The translations under genes were made by a program, and so were the position numbers. From Alphaproteobacteria bacterium (lineage in GTDB: Bacteria > Pseudomonadota > Alphaproteobacteria > CAAHEQ01 > UBA3637): DNA of 54,138 bases. Where the stretch lies: the NCBI GenBank assembly GCA_045532865.1, contig JAZSGT010000045.1:1-54138 (forward strand), read 5' to 3'. Positions 9,603 to 19,370 of the stretch are shown one piece after another (the stretch's first letter is position 1; every line of letters starts with the position of its first letter). The notes below the pieces were generated by a model. The model did not search any database and had not been told where the DNA came from. It saw only the letters and a list, made by a program, of their open reading frames with translations.

Positions 9603-9842
9603 ATGACAGAAGAAGAAATCTTAAACAATAACAGCCATTTCAAACACGCATTGGAATTATATGCTGATTCAAAAGGCTGGCAACTCACCCCTTTTGCTGA
9701 TAAAATCATCAACCGTTGTTTAAACTCTTGCAACGGCTGTTGCCCTTGTGATGTATCACGTGGCTTTTGCCCTTGTGGTGAACATGAAAAAGAAGTTGCT
9801 GAAAAAGGTCATTGCCACTGCAACTTGTTCAAACCAAAATAA
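9603..9842 (+). CDS. Ferredoxin:thioredoxin reductase catalytic subunit-like protein
   Basis: CPC...CPC...CHC.LF cysteine signature; AAGGAG RBS. Confidence 0.85.
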   Translation: MTEEEILNNNSHFKHALELYADSKGWQLTPFADKIINRCLNSCNGCCPCDVSRGFCPCGEHEKEVAEKGHCHCNLFKPK

Positions 9843-9855
9843 GTTCTTTTAATTT

Positions 9856-9905
9856 AAACACCCATAATGCATCAGGTATTTTCTTGACATTATGGGTGTT
9901 TTTTT
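9856..9905 (+). terminator. Intrinsic terminator
   Basis: aaacacccataatg / cattatgggtgttt stem followed by a T tract. Confidence 0.75.
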
Positions 9906-9943
9906 ACACAACCCAAAAACGACGTTTATTTCAAAGGGTTAAA

Positions 9944-10552
9944 ATGAAAACAGTCCTATTTGCCAGCAAAAACAAAAGCAAAATTCAAGATATTCAGCTT
10001 TATTTGAAAGATCAGTTTCAACTTAAAACAGCCTATGATTTTTTAGATTTGAACATTCATGTAAATGAAGGATATTCTTCACTAAAAGAAAATGCCTTGT
10101 TAAAAGCAAGCACTTATGCAAAAGCAACCAATCTTGTTACGATTGCTGATGACACTGGCTTTTTCATCAATGAATTGGGTGGTGCTCCTGGAGTTGCAGC
10201 CAAACGGTGGGCTGGCGAATTACCTAAAGATGCTACACCTGAAATGTTTTGGGAGTATTTAAAGAAAAAAACAGCTCATTTAACTAAAATCACCTGTTAT
10301 TTTGAACAATGCTTTGCCATCACCCACCCCAATGGCAAACACACGTTTGTGTCAAAATTCACACATGGTTTTTTACATAAAGACAAACTCTTAGAACCCT
10401 ACAATCAAACAGATTATCCCCTTGCTCAAGCTTTTAATGTGAAAGGCAGAAATTGTACATGGGATGAAATAACAGATGAAATGAAAAAGCAATTTGACAA
10501 ATCACTCATCCAAGACTTAATTGATGCCATTTCTTTTGTTGAAGAAAAATAA
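9944..10552 (+). CDS. Ham1/RdgB-family NTP pyrophosphatase (divergent)
   Basis: FASKNKSK, E...S..ENA..KA, ADDTG and GAPGV motifs; start moved to the ATG at 9944, after the terminator. Confidence 0.85.
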   Translation: MKTVLFASKNKSKIQDIQLYLKDQFQLKTAYDFLDLNIHVNEGYSSLKENALLKASTYAKATNLVTIADDTGFFINELGGAPGVAAKRWAGELPKDATPEMFWEYLKKKTAHLTKITCYFEQCFAITHPNGKHTFVSKFTHGFLHKDKLLEPYNQTDYPLAQAFNVKGRNCTWDEITDEMKKQFDKSLIQDLIDAISFVEEK

Positions 10553-10614
10553 AAATTTCCCCCTTGCAAACAAGGGCCTCCTTTCCTATTAAAAAAAAAA
10601 GAAAGGGGCTTAAA

Positions 10615-10953
10615 ATGAAAAAATTGTTCACTTTTGCGATACTTTTTTTCCTCACAAGTTGTTCTAGGTTTTATCAGCAGTTTGATCAACAAGAATTATC
10701 CCAGTTGGTTGGAAAAAATGAATCAGAGGTAACAAAAAAACTTGGTACTCCTTCAAAAATTATTGTTGAAGATGGAATAAAAAAACTCATCTATCAAACC
10801 AATTACAAAACTTATTCCAACCCTCAAAGACAAACCTATTTAGACCCCAGCGCTTATCAACAAGGTACCTATTTTAACCACTCGTGCCAAACCACATTTA
10901 TCATTCAAGAAAAAATTGTTTCATCCATTCAAAGAAATGGTAATTGCTTATAA
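10615..10953 (+). CDS. Small lipoprotein
   Basis: MKKLFTFAILFFLTSC lipobox; VGK.E.EV..KLG.P motif; start moved to the ATG at 10615. Confidence 0.8.
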   Translation: MKKLFTFAILFFLTSCSRFYQQFDQQELSQLVGKNESEVTKKLGTPSKIIVEDGIKKLIYQTNYKTYSNPQRQTYLDPSAYQQGTYFNHSCQTTFIIQEKIVSSIQRNGNCL

Positions 10954-11036
10954 TTTTTTTTCTTTTCCATCTTGCAATTTTGAATAAAAAAAAGTATCTT
11001 TTTTTCATTCGTTTTTATTCAAATTAAGGAGGCACC

Positions 11037-12026
11037 ATGACACACCCTTTTGTCAGTATCATTGTTCCAATTTACAATGTTGAACCTTACTTACGAGGCT
11101 GTTTAGACAGTCTTTTAAATCAAACATTCAAAGATTTTGAAGTAATTATGGTTGATGACGGAGCAACAGATTCAAGTGGCGCCATAGCTGATGAATATGC
11201 TCAAAAAGATAAGCGTTTTTCAGTTATTCATCAAAAAAACAAAGGTCTTTCAGGCGCCAGAAACACAGGTCTTAAAGTTGCAAAAGGCTCTTACATCAGT
11301 TTTTTAGATTCAGATGATTACTTTCATCCAGACTTTTTAAATTTAATGATGCAAGTTGCTCAAAATGAACAAACTGATGTTGTTTTTTGCAACTTGGCGC
11401 ACACCTCATCTTTGTATCAAAAAATGCAAGCCGGTCTTAAATTAACAGATTTTAAACTCACCCGTTATTTCAAACCTTTCACCGATTTTTTAAAAGAAAA
11501 ATCACTCATCACACAAGTGTGCGTTAAACTTTACAAAAAATCTGTTTTGGGTGATTTAACATTTAAAGAAGGCATTTATTTTGAAGATGTATTGTTCACC
11601 ACTTTGTTCATGGGTAGAGCCAAAAATGCTGTTCACATCAATGCACCTCTTTATTATTATTACACAAATCCAACTTCAATTATGCATACAGCATTTAATG
11701 AAAAAAAAGTGATGAGTTATATTACTGTTATTGATGAGGTTTATGCTTATACACAAAAAAATCACCCCTCACATTTAAAATCTGTGCAACAAGAAATTTT
11801 AAACAAACGTGTTAAAATGACAATGAATCAAGCTTTGCGCAAACAAAAAGATAAAGAAAAATGCTTGCAACTTTTTCAATTAATGAGCTCAGAATTTAAA
11901 CGCTTATATGAAAATAACATCATCTCTTTCGAAGGGTTAAAATTAAAACATAAAGTAGCACTTTTACTGCTTATAAAAGGCAAAGCAAAAACTGCTTTAA
12001 CTGTTTTAAAAATCCTTCCTTTTTAA
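11037..12026 (+). CDS. Glycosyltransferase family 2
   Basis: SIIVPIYNVE.YL, VDDG.TD, GLSGARNTG, FLDSDD and FED motifs. Confidence 0.95.
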   Translation: MTHPFVSIIVPIYNVEPYLRGCLDSLLNQTFKDFEVIMVDDGATDSSGAIADEYAQKDKRFSVIHQKNKGLSGARNTGLKVAKGSYISFLDSDDYFHPDFLNLMMQVAQNEQTDVVFCNLAHTSSLYQKMQAGLKLTDFKLTRYFKPFTDFLKEKSLITQVCVKLYKKSVLGDLTFKEGIYFEDVLFTTLFMGRAKNAVHINAPLYYYYTNPTSIMHTAFNEKKVMSYITVIDEVYAYTQKNHPSHLKSVQQEILNKRVKMTMNQALRKQKDKEKCLQLFQLMSSEFKRLYENNIISFEGLKLKHKVALLLLIKGKAKTALTVLKILPF

Positions 12027-12058
12027 AAAACACACCATTAAAAATGGGTTTCAAGACA

Positions 12059-12090
12059 AAAAAAACACCTTATACCAAGGTGTTTTTTTT
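12059..12090. terminator. Bidirectional terminator between convergent genes
   Basis: aaaaaaaacacctt-atacc-aaggtgtttttttt. Confidence 0.75.
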
Positions 12091-12121
12091 ATAAAGACGT
12101 TAACTCATATAAGAAATAACA

Positions 12122-13126
12122 TTAACTCATACGAGAATCATTTTTTGAAAGCATTGCAATTCTTTGAATTTCATCATTTGAAACATCTAATTCTTGTGCA
12201 TTCATTTTAAGTCCTGCCGTTCCTAAAGTAGAAAGCAACCCAGATCCCCTTGCTCTTTCATATTTCAAATCAATTCTTGCTTGCATACTTGCAATTTTTT
12301 CATCAGAAAATCCAGCCGTTCTTAATTCATCGACCGTAACGCCCAAGAAAACTTCATTATTACCAACCAATTGTCTTGCTCTTCCTTTAGGATAATAAAC
12401 ATCATCCAACAAACAAGCCTCTTTTGTTGCCCCTCCCAAAAATGGAGGCAACAATCTTTCAAGCCAAGTTAATTTTCTTGGTGGCCGTTCCACTCTTTCG
12501 CCTTGGCCAATTCCCACAACACCAGCTGTTGGTTCCACACCATTACTTGGAACATCATTTTCTCTTTGAGGAACAGCAGGTTTTGCCGAAGTACCTGCAT
12601 GCACTCCCTCACGAGTTGGCTTTCTATCAGCTGCTTGCGCTGGTCTTTGTGTTGGACTTTGTGTTGCTCTTCGAGCCATCCTTGCAGAAGAAGATCGCCC
12701 ATTTCTATTTACTCTAGAATCTGCCATAGGATTATACGCCATACTTTGTGCAAGCGCAAACTCTCTTCCTTGAGGAATTTTTCCACACTCAACTTTTGCA
12801 ATACCACACACAACTTCAGCTCGAATGCGAGGGTCTGATAAATCCAATGGTTGATCCACTGAAACATTGATTCCAGCTGCTTTTAAACTTCTTGCAACTT
12901 GTGCAGAATAAGAAGAAGGATTATTCCCCCTCTCAGAAGCTGGCGCATATATTCTAAAAATCTGACGCAAACTTTTCCCATTGTACATACGATACAACAC
13001 TGAATTTAAGGCATAATATCCTTCTTCCCATGTATTATAAATCGCAAAGCCACCAGAATCACGTCCAGCAGTTCCTTGACATCTCAAACATCCAGGATTT
13101 TTATTTCTAACTCCTCTTACAGCCAT
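12122..13126 (-). CDS. Protein with N-terminal phage virion (RNNNPGNIR-type) lysozyme-like domain
   Basis: RGVRNKNPGCLR, GFAIY..WEEG, YAPASE..NNP.SY and IAKVECG motifs; GGAGG RBS before the ATG at 13126 (alternative start 13138). Confidence 0.65.
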   Translation of the reverse strand: MAVRGVRNKNPGCLRCQGTAGRDSGGFAIYNTWEEGYYALNSVLYRMYNGKSLRQIFRIYAPASERGNNPSSYSAQVARSLKAAGINVSVDQPLDLSDPRIRAEVVCGIAKVECGKIPQGREFALAQSMAYNPMADSRVNRNGRSSSARMARRATQSPTQRPAQAADRKPTREGVHAGTSAKPAVPQRENDVPSNGVEPTAGVVGIGQGERVERPPRKLTWLERLLPPFLGGATKEACLLDDVYYPKGRARQLVGNNEVFLGVTVDELRTAGFSDEKIASMQARIDLKYERARGSGLLSTLGTAGLKMNAQELDVSNDEIQRIAMLSKNDSRMS

Positions 13127-13319
13127 GATCCCCTCCATCTTATTAAGTTTTACTATCTAATAGTATACCATATTTTTAAAAAAAAAGAAATAAAATTTTA
13201 TTTACACCCTTTATTAAAAAGAATTTTAATAGATTTTGGCGCATATTAACAAAAAATCATCAATATAACAAAACGATTCAAGTTTAAAAAAAAACACTTC
13301 AAACCAATGCTCTTTCACA

Positions 13320-13351
13320 AAAAAAACCTCTCACAAAGAGAGGTTTTTTTT
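13320..13351. terminator. Intrinsic terminator downstream of the 652 aa gene
   Basis: aaaaaaacctctc-acaaa-gagaggttttttt. Confidence 0.75.
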
Positions 13352-13365
13352 GTAAGAAAAAGGAT

Positions 13366-15324
13366 TTATGAACGCCCTTCTCTTGCCCGATTTTGAACAT
13401 TGCTGGTAGTTTGTTGTAATTGTTCACGAGCTCTGGCAAGGGCTTGATCTTTAGAAGCAAGTGCTTGCATTTTTTCAGCCAAGGCCTTTTTCTTTTTCGC
13501 TTGGCGATCAACTTGCAAGGCAATTTTTGCCTGATCAGTTTCAGTTAATTTCTTTTTAGACATTGTTTCAGAAACAACATAATCATCCAATCCACCTTTA
13601 ACCATCACTTGCAAAATGGATTGACGCATTTCTTCACTTGGTTTGATTTTTTTACCATCTTTGTCTGTTGCACCTTTAGCTTGGTCTGCAAAAATAGTTT
13701 GAACATCTTTGATGCCTTGTTTTGAAACACCACGATCAGCCAAAACTGTGCCCAATTTCTTTTGTTCAGAAGATGTTAAAACCTCACCAGTTGCCACTTT
13801 ATCAACCAACTTGTCAATATCTTTATCAATCTTTGTTACACGAACAGTCTCAATTGCCGGCCCTTTTTTAATAGGTGTTGGAGCAGCTTCTTTTACTGGT
13901 TCTTGACGATCACGCACACGATGCTCCAACCCACCTTGAGGACGAGACTCTCTTGCCATCGCAATAATTTCAGCTTGTTCTTTACCCGTTACACGAACAC
14001 CCATCAATTGGTCAGATTTCTTTAACCACTTTGATGAGTTAGCATACAAGGTTAAATATTCATCATATTGCTTTTGTTGCTTGCGTGAAAATTTTCTAAA
14101 ATCAACATCACCCTCAGCTGTTTTTGGCAAACCATAAACAAATTCAGCTTTTTTAAGCAAAAACTTCTCTCTTTTACTAAGATTTTTTGGATTTGAAGCT
14201 TTAATTTTTTCAGCTTCAGATGTATCCAAAATCCAATTCTTAGCCTCAACAGCTAGTTTGCGATAAAAAGTTGTCTTTGTTAAACCATTGTCTTTTAAGT
14301 TTGCTTCAATGGTATTGTTTCTTGCATCTTTTTTCTTTTTATCATTTGCTTTTTTAATCTCTTTTGATTGCTTGACAAGTTCATCAATTGCATCAGCAGC
14401 CATATCAATAAACAAAGTTGTGAACAAGGCAAAACCCATATCTGCCAAATTGCCACCTTTTAAAACATTGTCAAGGTTCTTCCAAATGACGCGCTCTCTA
14501 AACTTTGCCCAGTCAATTGTTTCAGGGTCATCAAGTTCAGGCTCTTTTTTTGCTTCAAAAGAAGGTTTATCTTTATTAACAGGACCATCATCTTCTTTCG
14601 CAGGTTCTTCTTTTGGTTTATTTAATTCATGAGCTTCATTTTCATAGTTCCCTTCATAAAGCTCTTTCATCCGATTGAAGTCTTCATTCGCTTCTTCCAA
14701 CGTGTTCCAATGATCATGTTTAGATGGACCTGCTTTTTCAGATCTTTTTTCTATATCATCTGCATAATCATCACTGTATTTTTGAAATTTTTGAATTTCT
14801 AAATACTCTTTTAAATCTTTTTCTTCATCCGTTAAAGGTCTTCTTTCCTCTTCCGGTTTTGTTTCATCTTCTTTTTCTTTTTGGCGCAACTCTTTTATTT
14901 TTTTATTAAGCTCTGTTTTTTCCATTTCATCAAAACGAGCAAGCTTTGCCAAATTTTCTTCTTCCTTTGTCAATTCAGGTGCATTTTCCACCTTTTGTTC
15001 AAGGTTTTGTTTTTTTTGAACAGCAGCTTTGTATTCCTGAACCCTTTTGGTTCCACGAATAATTTCGTCATAAACAACAGCGCGTTTAATATCTTGTTTT
15101 AATTTTGGTGCTTTTGCAGCCAATTCTGGAAATCCACTTAAATAAGCATCAACTGCTTCATCAGACTTTAAATCACCTGCACGAATTTTTGCATCCAAAT
15201 CTGCAATAAATTTTTGTTTCAAAGCTTCTTGTTCAGATTCACAAGAACTTAAAATTGAACCAAAAGAAGTGTTAAATAAATTTAACGCCCCGTCATGACA
15301 TCTATCAACTGTTGATCTTTCCAT
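13366..15324 (-). CDS. Hypothetical charged coiled-coil protein with one hydrophobic segment
   Basis: 652 aa K/E-rich ORF; AGGAGG RBS; LADMGFALFTTLFIDMAA segment. Confidence 0.85.
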   Translation of the reverse strand: MERSTVDRCHDGALNLFNTSFGSILSSCESEQEALKQKFIADLDAKIRAGDLKSDEAVDAYLSGFPELAAKAPKLKQDIKRAVVYDEIIRGTKRVQEYKAAVQKKQNLEQKVENAPELTKEEENLAKLARFDEMEKTELNKKIKELRQKEKEDETKPEEERRPLTDEEKDLKEYLEIQKFQKYSDDYADDIEKRSEKAGPSKHDHWNTLEEANEDFNRMKELYEGNYENEAHELNKPKEEPAKEDDGPVNKDKPSFEAKKEPELDDPETIDWAKFRERVIWKNLDNVLKGGNLADMGFALFTTLFIDMAADAIDELVKQSKEIKKANDKKKKDARNNTIEANLKDNGLTKTTFYRKLAVEAKNWILDTSEAEKIKASNPKNLSKREKFLLKKAEFVYGLPKTAEGDVDFRKFSRKQQKQYDEYLTLYANSSKWLKKSDQLMGVRVTGKEQAEIIAMARESRPQGGLEHRVRDRQEPVKEAAPTPIKKGPAIETVRVTKIDKDIDKLVDKVATGEVLTSSEQKKLGTVLADRGVSKQGIKDVQTIFADQAKGATDKDGKKIKPSEEMRQSILQVMVKGGLDDYVVSETMSKKKLTETDQAKIALQVDRQAKKKKALAEKMQALASKDQALARAREQLQQTTSNVQNRAREGRS

Positions 15325-15392
15325 TTTATCCTCCTAAAGGCTATATGCGTCATCATACCCTTTATTATAACATATTTTTCAAAAAAGTCAAT

Positions 15393-16055
15393 TTAGACCT
15401 TTAACCCTTTCAAAAATTTAGCTAATTTTTTATTTTCTTCAATCGCAGCCTCTTTTGAAAGGCGCACAACACCCATTTCATCTTTCACATTTATTGGAGA
15501 AAAGAAAGCCGGATTTGTTGTCAACACAGCCCAAGCCTGTTTTGCATCCTGACGCCGCATTTTCAAATAATTTGCAATCAACTTTTCAGCATTAACACGA
15601 AAGCCAGCTTTTTTAATTTTTTCAGCAAAGGCTTTAATTATTTCTTTTTCTATATGCTCTTGTTGATAAATTTCACGCATGGTTTCTTTACTTTCTTCAA
15701 GCAAGAGCTTTTCTTCTTCAATAATCTCACACTTTTCTTTCAAAATCATATATTCAACAAAATCATACAACAAGTCACGCCAAAATTCTTGGTCTTTGTA
15801 ATGTGTTTGAATAACTTTAATTAAATCCAACACATCTTCATTCAACACATTTCCAGTTCCTAAAAGATAAGATGCCACACGTCCACAATTTTGTTCTAAG
15901 TGCAAAACTGTTGATTCATCTAATGTATCAGGCATAAACCCTTCAGGGTCAAGCACCAACGCATTTGCAACATCTGGGAGCAAATCTCTATGCTTAAAAA
16001 GTGTTTGATAAACTTTAAGCAACATTTTGTTTCTGCTAAATCTAACTTTTTCCAT
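15393..16055 (-). CDS. Hypothetical protein
   Basis: ~220 aa ORF; AAGGAG RBS spacing favours the ATG at 16055 (alternative 16061). Confidence 0.8.
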   Translation of the reverse strand: MEKVRFSRNKMLLKVYQTLFKHRDLLPDVANALVLDPEGFMPDTLDESTVLHLEQNCGRVASYLLGTGNVLNEDVLDLIKVIQTHYKDQEFWRDLLYDFVEYMILKEKCEIIEEEKLLLEESKETMREIYQQEHIEKEIIKAFAEKIKKAGFRVNAEKLIANYLKMRRQDAKQAWAVLTTNPAFFSPINVKDEMGVVRLSKEAAIEENKKLAKFLKGLKV

Positions 16056-16173
16056 CTTCATCTCCTTTTTTTTGTATAACCTTAATTTTACTCCAAGTTC
16101 AAAAAAAAATCCACCTATTTTTTTATTTTTATCTGTTGATTTTTAAAATTTTATGTTGTTTTTTCAAAAACTA

Positions 16174-16182
16174 TGCTATAAT
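16174..16182 (+). promoter_or_regulatory. Extended -10 promoter element for the membrane-protein operon
   Basis: TGCTATAAT matches TGnTATAAT, ~45 bp upstream of the start. Confidence 0.5.
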
Positions 16183-16226
16183 GTATATAGGGTCTTATTT
16201 TTTTTAAGAGGTCAGGGAGTTTGGTT

Positions 16227-18035
16227 ATGAAAAAATTCACGCAAGTATTAAAGTTTTTTGCTATATTTATAGGGGTTGTCCTATTTGCAAAAGCATCATA
16301 CGCATTTATAGGTGGACTTACAAGTAGTATTGCTGGAAGTGCATTGGGTGGTGCTGGTTTTGGTGGTGCCATAATTGGTATTGTTATTTCTCTTTTTGGC
16401 TTCGGCGCTTCTGGATTTTGTTGGTTTTGTGGCCTTTATAAAACACTCTTTGACATTATGAACAAACTTGCCACCAACGTTGCAACCTCTTTGCGTGATG
16501 ACTTTTTACTTCTCCTTGGCGTTGGTCTTTTGTTTTATATTGCATTTAAGGTCGGTTCAACCGTTGTTAAGTTGCAAGAAGTTGACTTGATGCAATTTTT
16601 AGGTGAATTGTTCAAACATTTGGGAAGAGCTATGATTGCAGCAGCTTTCTTGTTTGGAACAGTTCAAATGTACCATTACTTAATTTCCCCTTTCCTCGCC
16701 TATTCCCTTGCATTAACACATGAAGTTATGACACAACGCAACGCCAATACGGTTACAGAATTAACCACCAGACTACTTGGGGGAGGAAAAGACGGTTCCG
16801 GCTTTATGCCAACAGTTACTTCCGGCATTTTAAATGAAGGAGGCACCATGGCCTTTTCCAACCAAATTCGTGACCAATTAGTTGGTATTTTAGAATTAAC
16901 AAGTGCCACTTTAATTGCCGGTATGATCATTGGCGCTGTGGTCATTTTAATTTCTTTTGCTGATGCTTATTTAGATATTATTCCAAACTTCCAACTCACC
17001 ATTGTGGGCTTTACAATTTTAGGGGCTTACTTTGGTATTTATTTAGCCGTTCCATTTAAATTGATTGACGTGATGGTTCGTTTAACTTTTGTGGCAGCTT
17101 TAACGCCGTTATGGATTATTTTATGGATTTTCCCTGCCACAGCAAACTACACCAAAAACGCATGGGAAATGCTTTTGAACTGTTGCGCCTGCATCATCTG
17201 TTTAGGTGTTGTTTTGGTCATTACGTTTGAAATTTTGGAAAATATGCTTCCAGATAAAGAAATGATCATTCTTTTACTCTTAGGTGGTCTTGATATGCTA
17301 GCAACCGGACAAATGAACTTGATTAACCCTGCTGTTTTGCAAACTTTTGCTTTGGGTGCCCTTGCCGGTTCTTTGGTCAAAAACTCATCCAACATTGCAA
17401 CTCAAATTGTCAAATCCTACGGTACTGGTATCGGCGAAGGTATGGACAAAGCTGTTGGCCAAGGTATCAGCTCTATGGGTAAAGTGGGTGCTGCTTTAGG
17501 TGGCGCAGCGTACGTCATGTCAGGCAACATTAAAGAAATGATGGGTATGGGTAAGTCTGCACATAAATCAATTCAAGGGTCAACATTACCAAATTGGTTG
17601 GGTGGAGGAATTCATGATAGCAATCGCAGCAAAGAAATGCGTACAGCTAACAGTGAAATGCAAGCCTTGGAGAATAATAAAGCGCCACTTACTTCAACAC
17701 AACAAGCCAAATATACTGAACTTAGAAAACTTCGTAATGAAAATGCTGAAAAACGCATGGATTATTTGGCATCTGAAATGCAAGATGCAAAAGATAATCC
17801 AACAAGATATGCAGAACTTGAACGCGAATATAATTTGTGCAAATATATTAAAGATCATCCAAATGCAACTGCAAAACAGGTTACTGATGAGGAAAACAGA
17901 TTAAAAAATGTAACTCAAAATGGAGGCAATGGTAGTGGCCCTTCAGGTGGTAGTGGTGGAACACCTACCCCATCACCATCACCATCACCATCACCATCAC
18001 CATCACCAGCTCCATCACCATCACCAGCACCTTAG
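16227..18035 (+). CDS. Polytopic membrane protein, VirB6/TrbL-like (paralogue 1)
   Basis: Multiple TM helices; CWFC motif; PL.I..W.FP.T..Y...AW motif; Gly/Ala-rich C-terminal part as in TrbL/VirB6. Confidence 0.6.
   Translation: MKKFTQVLKFFAIFIGVVLFAKASYAFIGGLTSSIAGSALGGAGFGGAIIGIVISLFGFGASGFCWFCGLYKTLFDIMNKLATNVATSLRDDFLLLLGVGLLFYIAFKVGSTVVKLQEVDLMQFLGELFKHLGRAMIAAAFLFGTVQMYHYLISPFLAYSLALTHEVMTQRNANTVTELTTRLLGGGKDGSGFMPTVTSGILNEGGTMAFSNQIRDQLVGILELTSATLIAGMIIGAVVILISFADAYLDIIPNFQLTIVGFTILGAYFGIYLAVPFKLIDVMVRLTFVAALTPLWIILWIFPATANYTKNAWEMLLNCCACIICLGVVLVITFEILENMLPDKEMIILLLLGGLDMLATGQMNLINPAVLQTFALGALAGSLVKNSSNIATQIVKSYGTGIGEGMDKAVGQGISSMGKVGAALGGAAYVMSGNIKEMMGMGKSAHKSIQGSTLPNWLGGGIHDSNRSKEMRTANSEMQALENNKAPLTSTQQAKYTELRKLRNENAEKRMDYLASEMQDAKDNPTRYAELEREYNLCKYIKDHPNATAKQVTDEENRLKNVTQNGGNGSGPSGGSGGTPTPSPSPSPSPSPSPAPSPSPAP
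17970..18029 (+). repeat. (CCATCA)n hexamer repeat encoding a Pro-Ser tail
   Basis: Six perfect CCATCA copies at 17970-18005, then CCAGCT, CCATCA x2 and CCAGCA. Confidence 0.95.
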
Positions 18036-18065
18036 CTGAAACAAGGAAATAAGAGGGAGACACTG

Positions 18066-19352
18066 ATGAAAAGTCCAAAATCAACATATAAAAAGGCTCT
18101 TTATCTTTGCTTTGTACTAGCTCCTTTGTTTTTATTAACAGGGTGCGGTTCTCTGGGGTTAACGCCTGAAAACATCACTATGGCAAGCGTTTTTGCCACA
18201 GGTGGCTGTTGGCCTTGTTCCATGTTTAGAGTTGTGTGGGAAGCCATTGGTTCAGCTTTTGCAAACACCTATGCCACAACATCACAACTGGCATCTATTT
18301 TGTTGGGCATGGGTCTTCTTTTTTGGCTCACTTTTACAATTGGCAAAATGGTTGCATCGTTAAAAGAACCTAATATGAAGGATTATATCCCAAAAATTGT
18401 AGCCGTTTTATTCAAAGCATTTGCTGTTGGGATTATTCTTTCAAACCCTAATTTTATGCTTTATATTTTAGACTTACTCATAACCCCTGTGTTAGAAAGT
18501 TTCACCAACCTTGCAACATCTATCATTGGATCTAAGAGTGACTGGTTTAAAATCCCATTCTCAGATGTCAGCAAAAATTACACCATTTTCACACGCAACA
18601 TTGGTTCCCAATTGCAAGAAATTGTCTATCAACTCTACTTGCACTTTAAGAGTGGTTTCTTCTTAGGGGCAAGAATGATGATGCACTTTGAATTTATGGC
18701 AATCATCACAGGCACACTCATTATGAGCATGTTCTTTTACTTTATGCTCTTCTTCCCTCTTATTATTTTGGAAGGGTTTGTGTCCATTGGCTTTGTTTTA
18801 ATCATGTACCCTTTCTTTATGGCCGGCTGGGTTTTCCCTGCCACAAAAGGGTATATCACTGAAAGTTTTAAAATCTTTTTCCAAGGGGTTGCTCAAGTTT
18901 TAATCACTTGTATTTATGTATCCATTATCATTGCAATTGTTGAAGAGTACTCCGATGCTTTTTCAATTACCAAATCATTAACCGATCCATCCTTAATGCT
19001 TGGCTTAACAAACATGAGCAACAATGGACTTGCCCTTTTAGGCTTAATTTATGCCATGTTTAAACTCACAAATGACATACCAAATCTCACCAGCTTCTTT
19101 ATTGGAGAAATGAACAGAAGTGTCATTTTAAGAACATTCTCTCGCGCAATGGGCGCTGCAAAAAATGTTGGGAAAATTGTCATTGGTGGTGCTTTGGCCG
19201 GAACAGGTGTTATGGGTGCTGTTGGTAAAGGGATGATGGCATCTGGTGCAAAAGATATGGCAAAAGATTCAGCCAACTGGGTCACTGATGGCGCTGGTGA
19301 TGGTGGTATGACAGAAGCTGAAAAAGCAGCTCGTGCAGGTGGTAGAAAATAG
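18066..19352 (+). CDS. Polytopic membrane protein, VirB6/TrbL-like (paralogue 2)
   Basis: LLTGC lipobox-like motif; CWPC motif; PFFMAGWVFPATKGY motif; Gly/Ala-rich tail. Confidence 0.6.
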   Translation: MKSPKSTYKKALYLCFVLAPLFLLTGCGSLGLTPENITMASVFATGGCWPCSMFRVVWEAIGSAFANTYATTSQLASILLGMGLLFWLTFTIGKMVASLKEPNMKDYIPKIVAVLFKAFAVGIILSNPNFMLYILDLLITPVLESFTNLATSIIGSKSDWFKIPFSDVSKNYTIFTRNIGSQLQEIVYQLYLHFKSGFFLGARMMMHFEFMAIITGTLIMSMFFYFMLFFPLIILEGFVSIGFVLIMYPFFMAGWVFPATKGYITESFKIFFQGVAQVLITCIYVSIIIAIVEEYSDAFSITKSLTDPSLMLGLTNMSNNGLALLGLIYAMFKLTNDIPNLTSFFIGEMNRSVILRTFSRAMGAAKNVGKIVIGGALAGTGVMGAVGKGMMASGAKDMAKDSANWVTDGAGDGGMTEAEKAARAGGRK

Positions 19353-19370
19353 GAAAGAAAAGGGGTTAAA

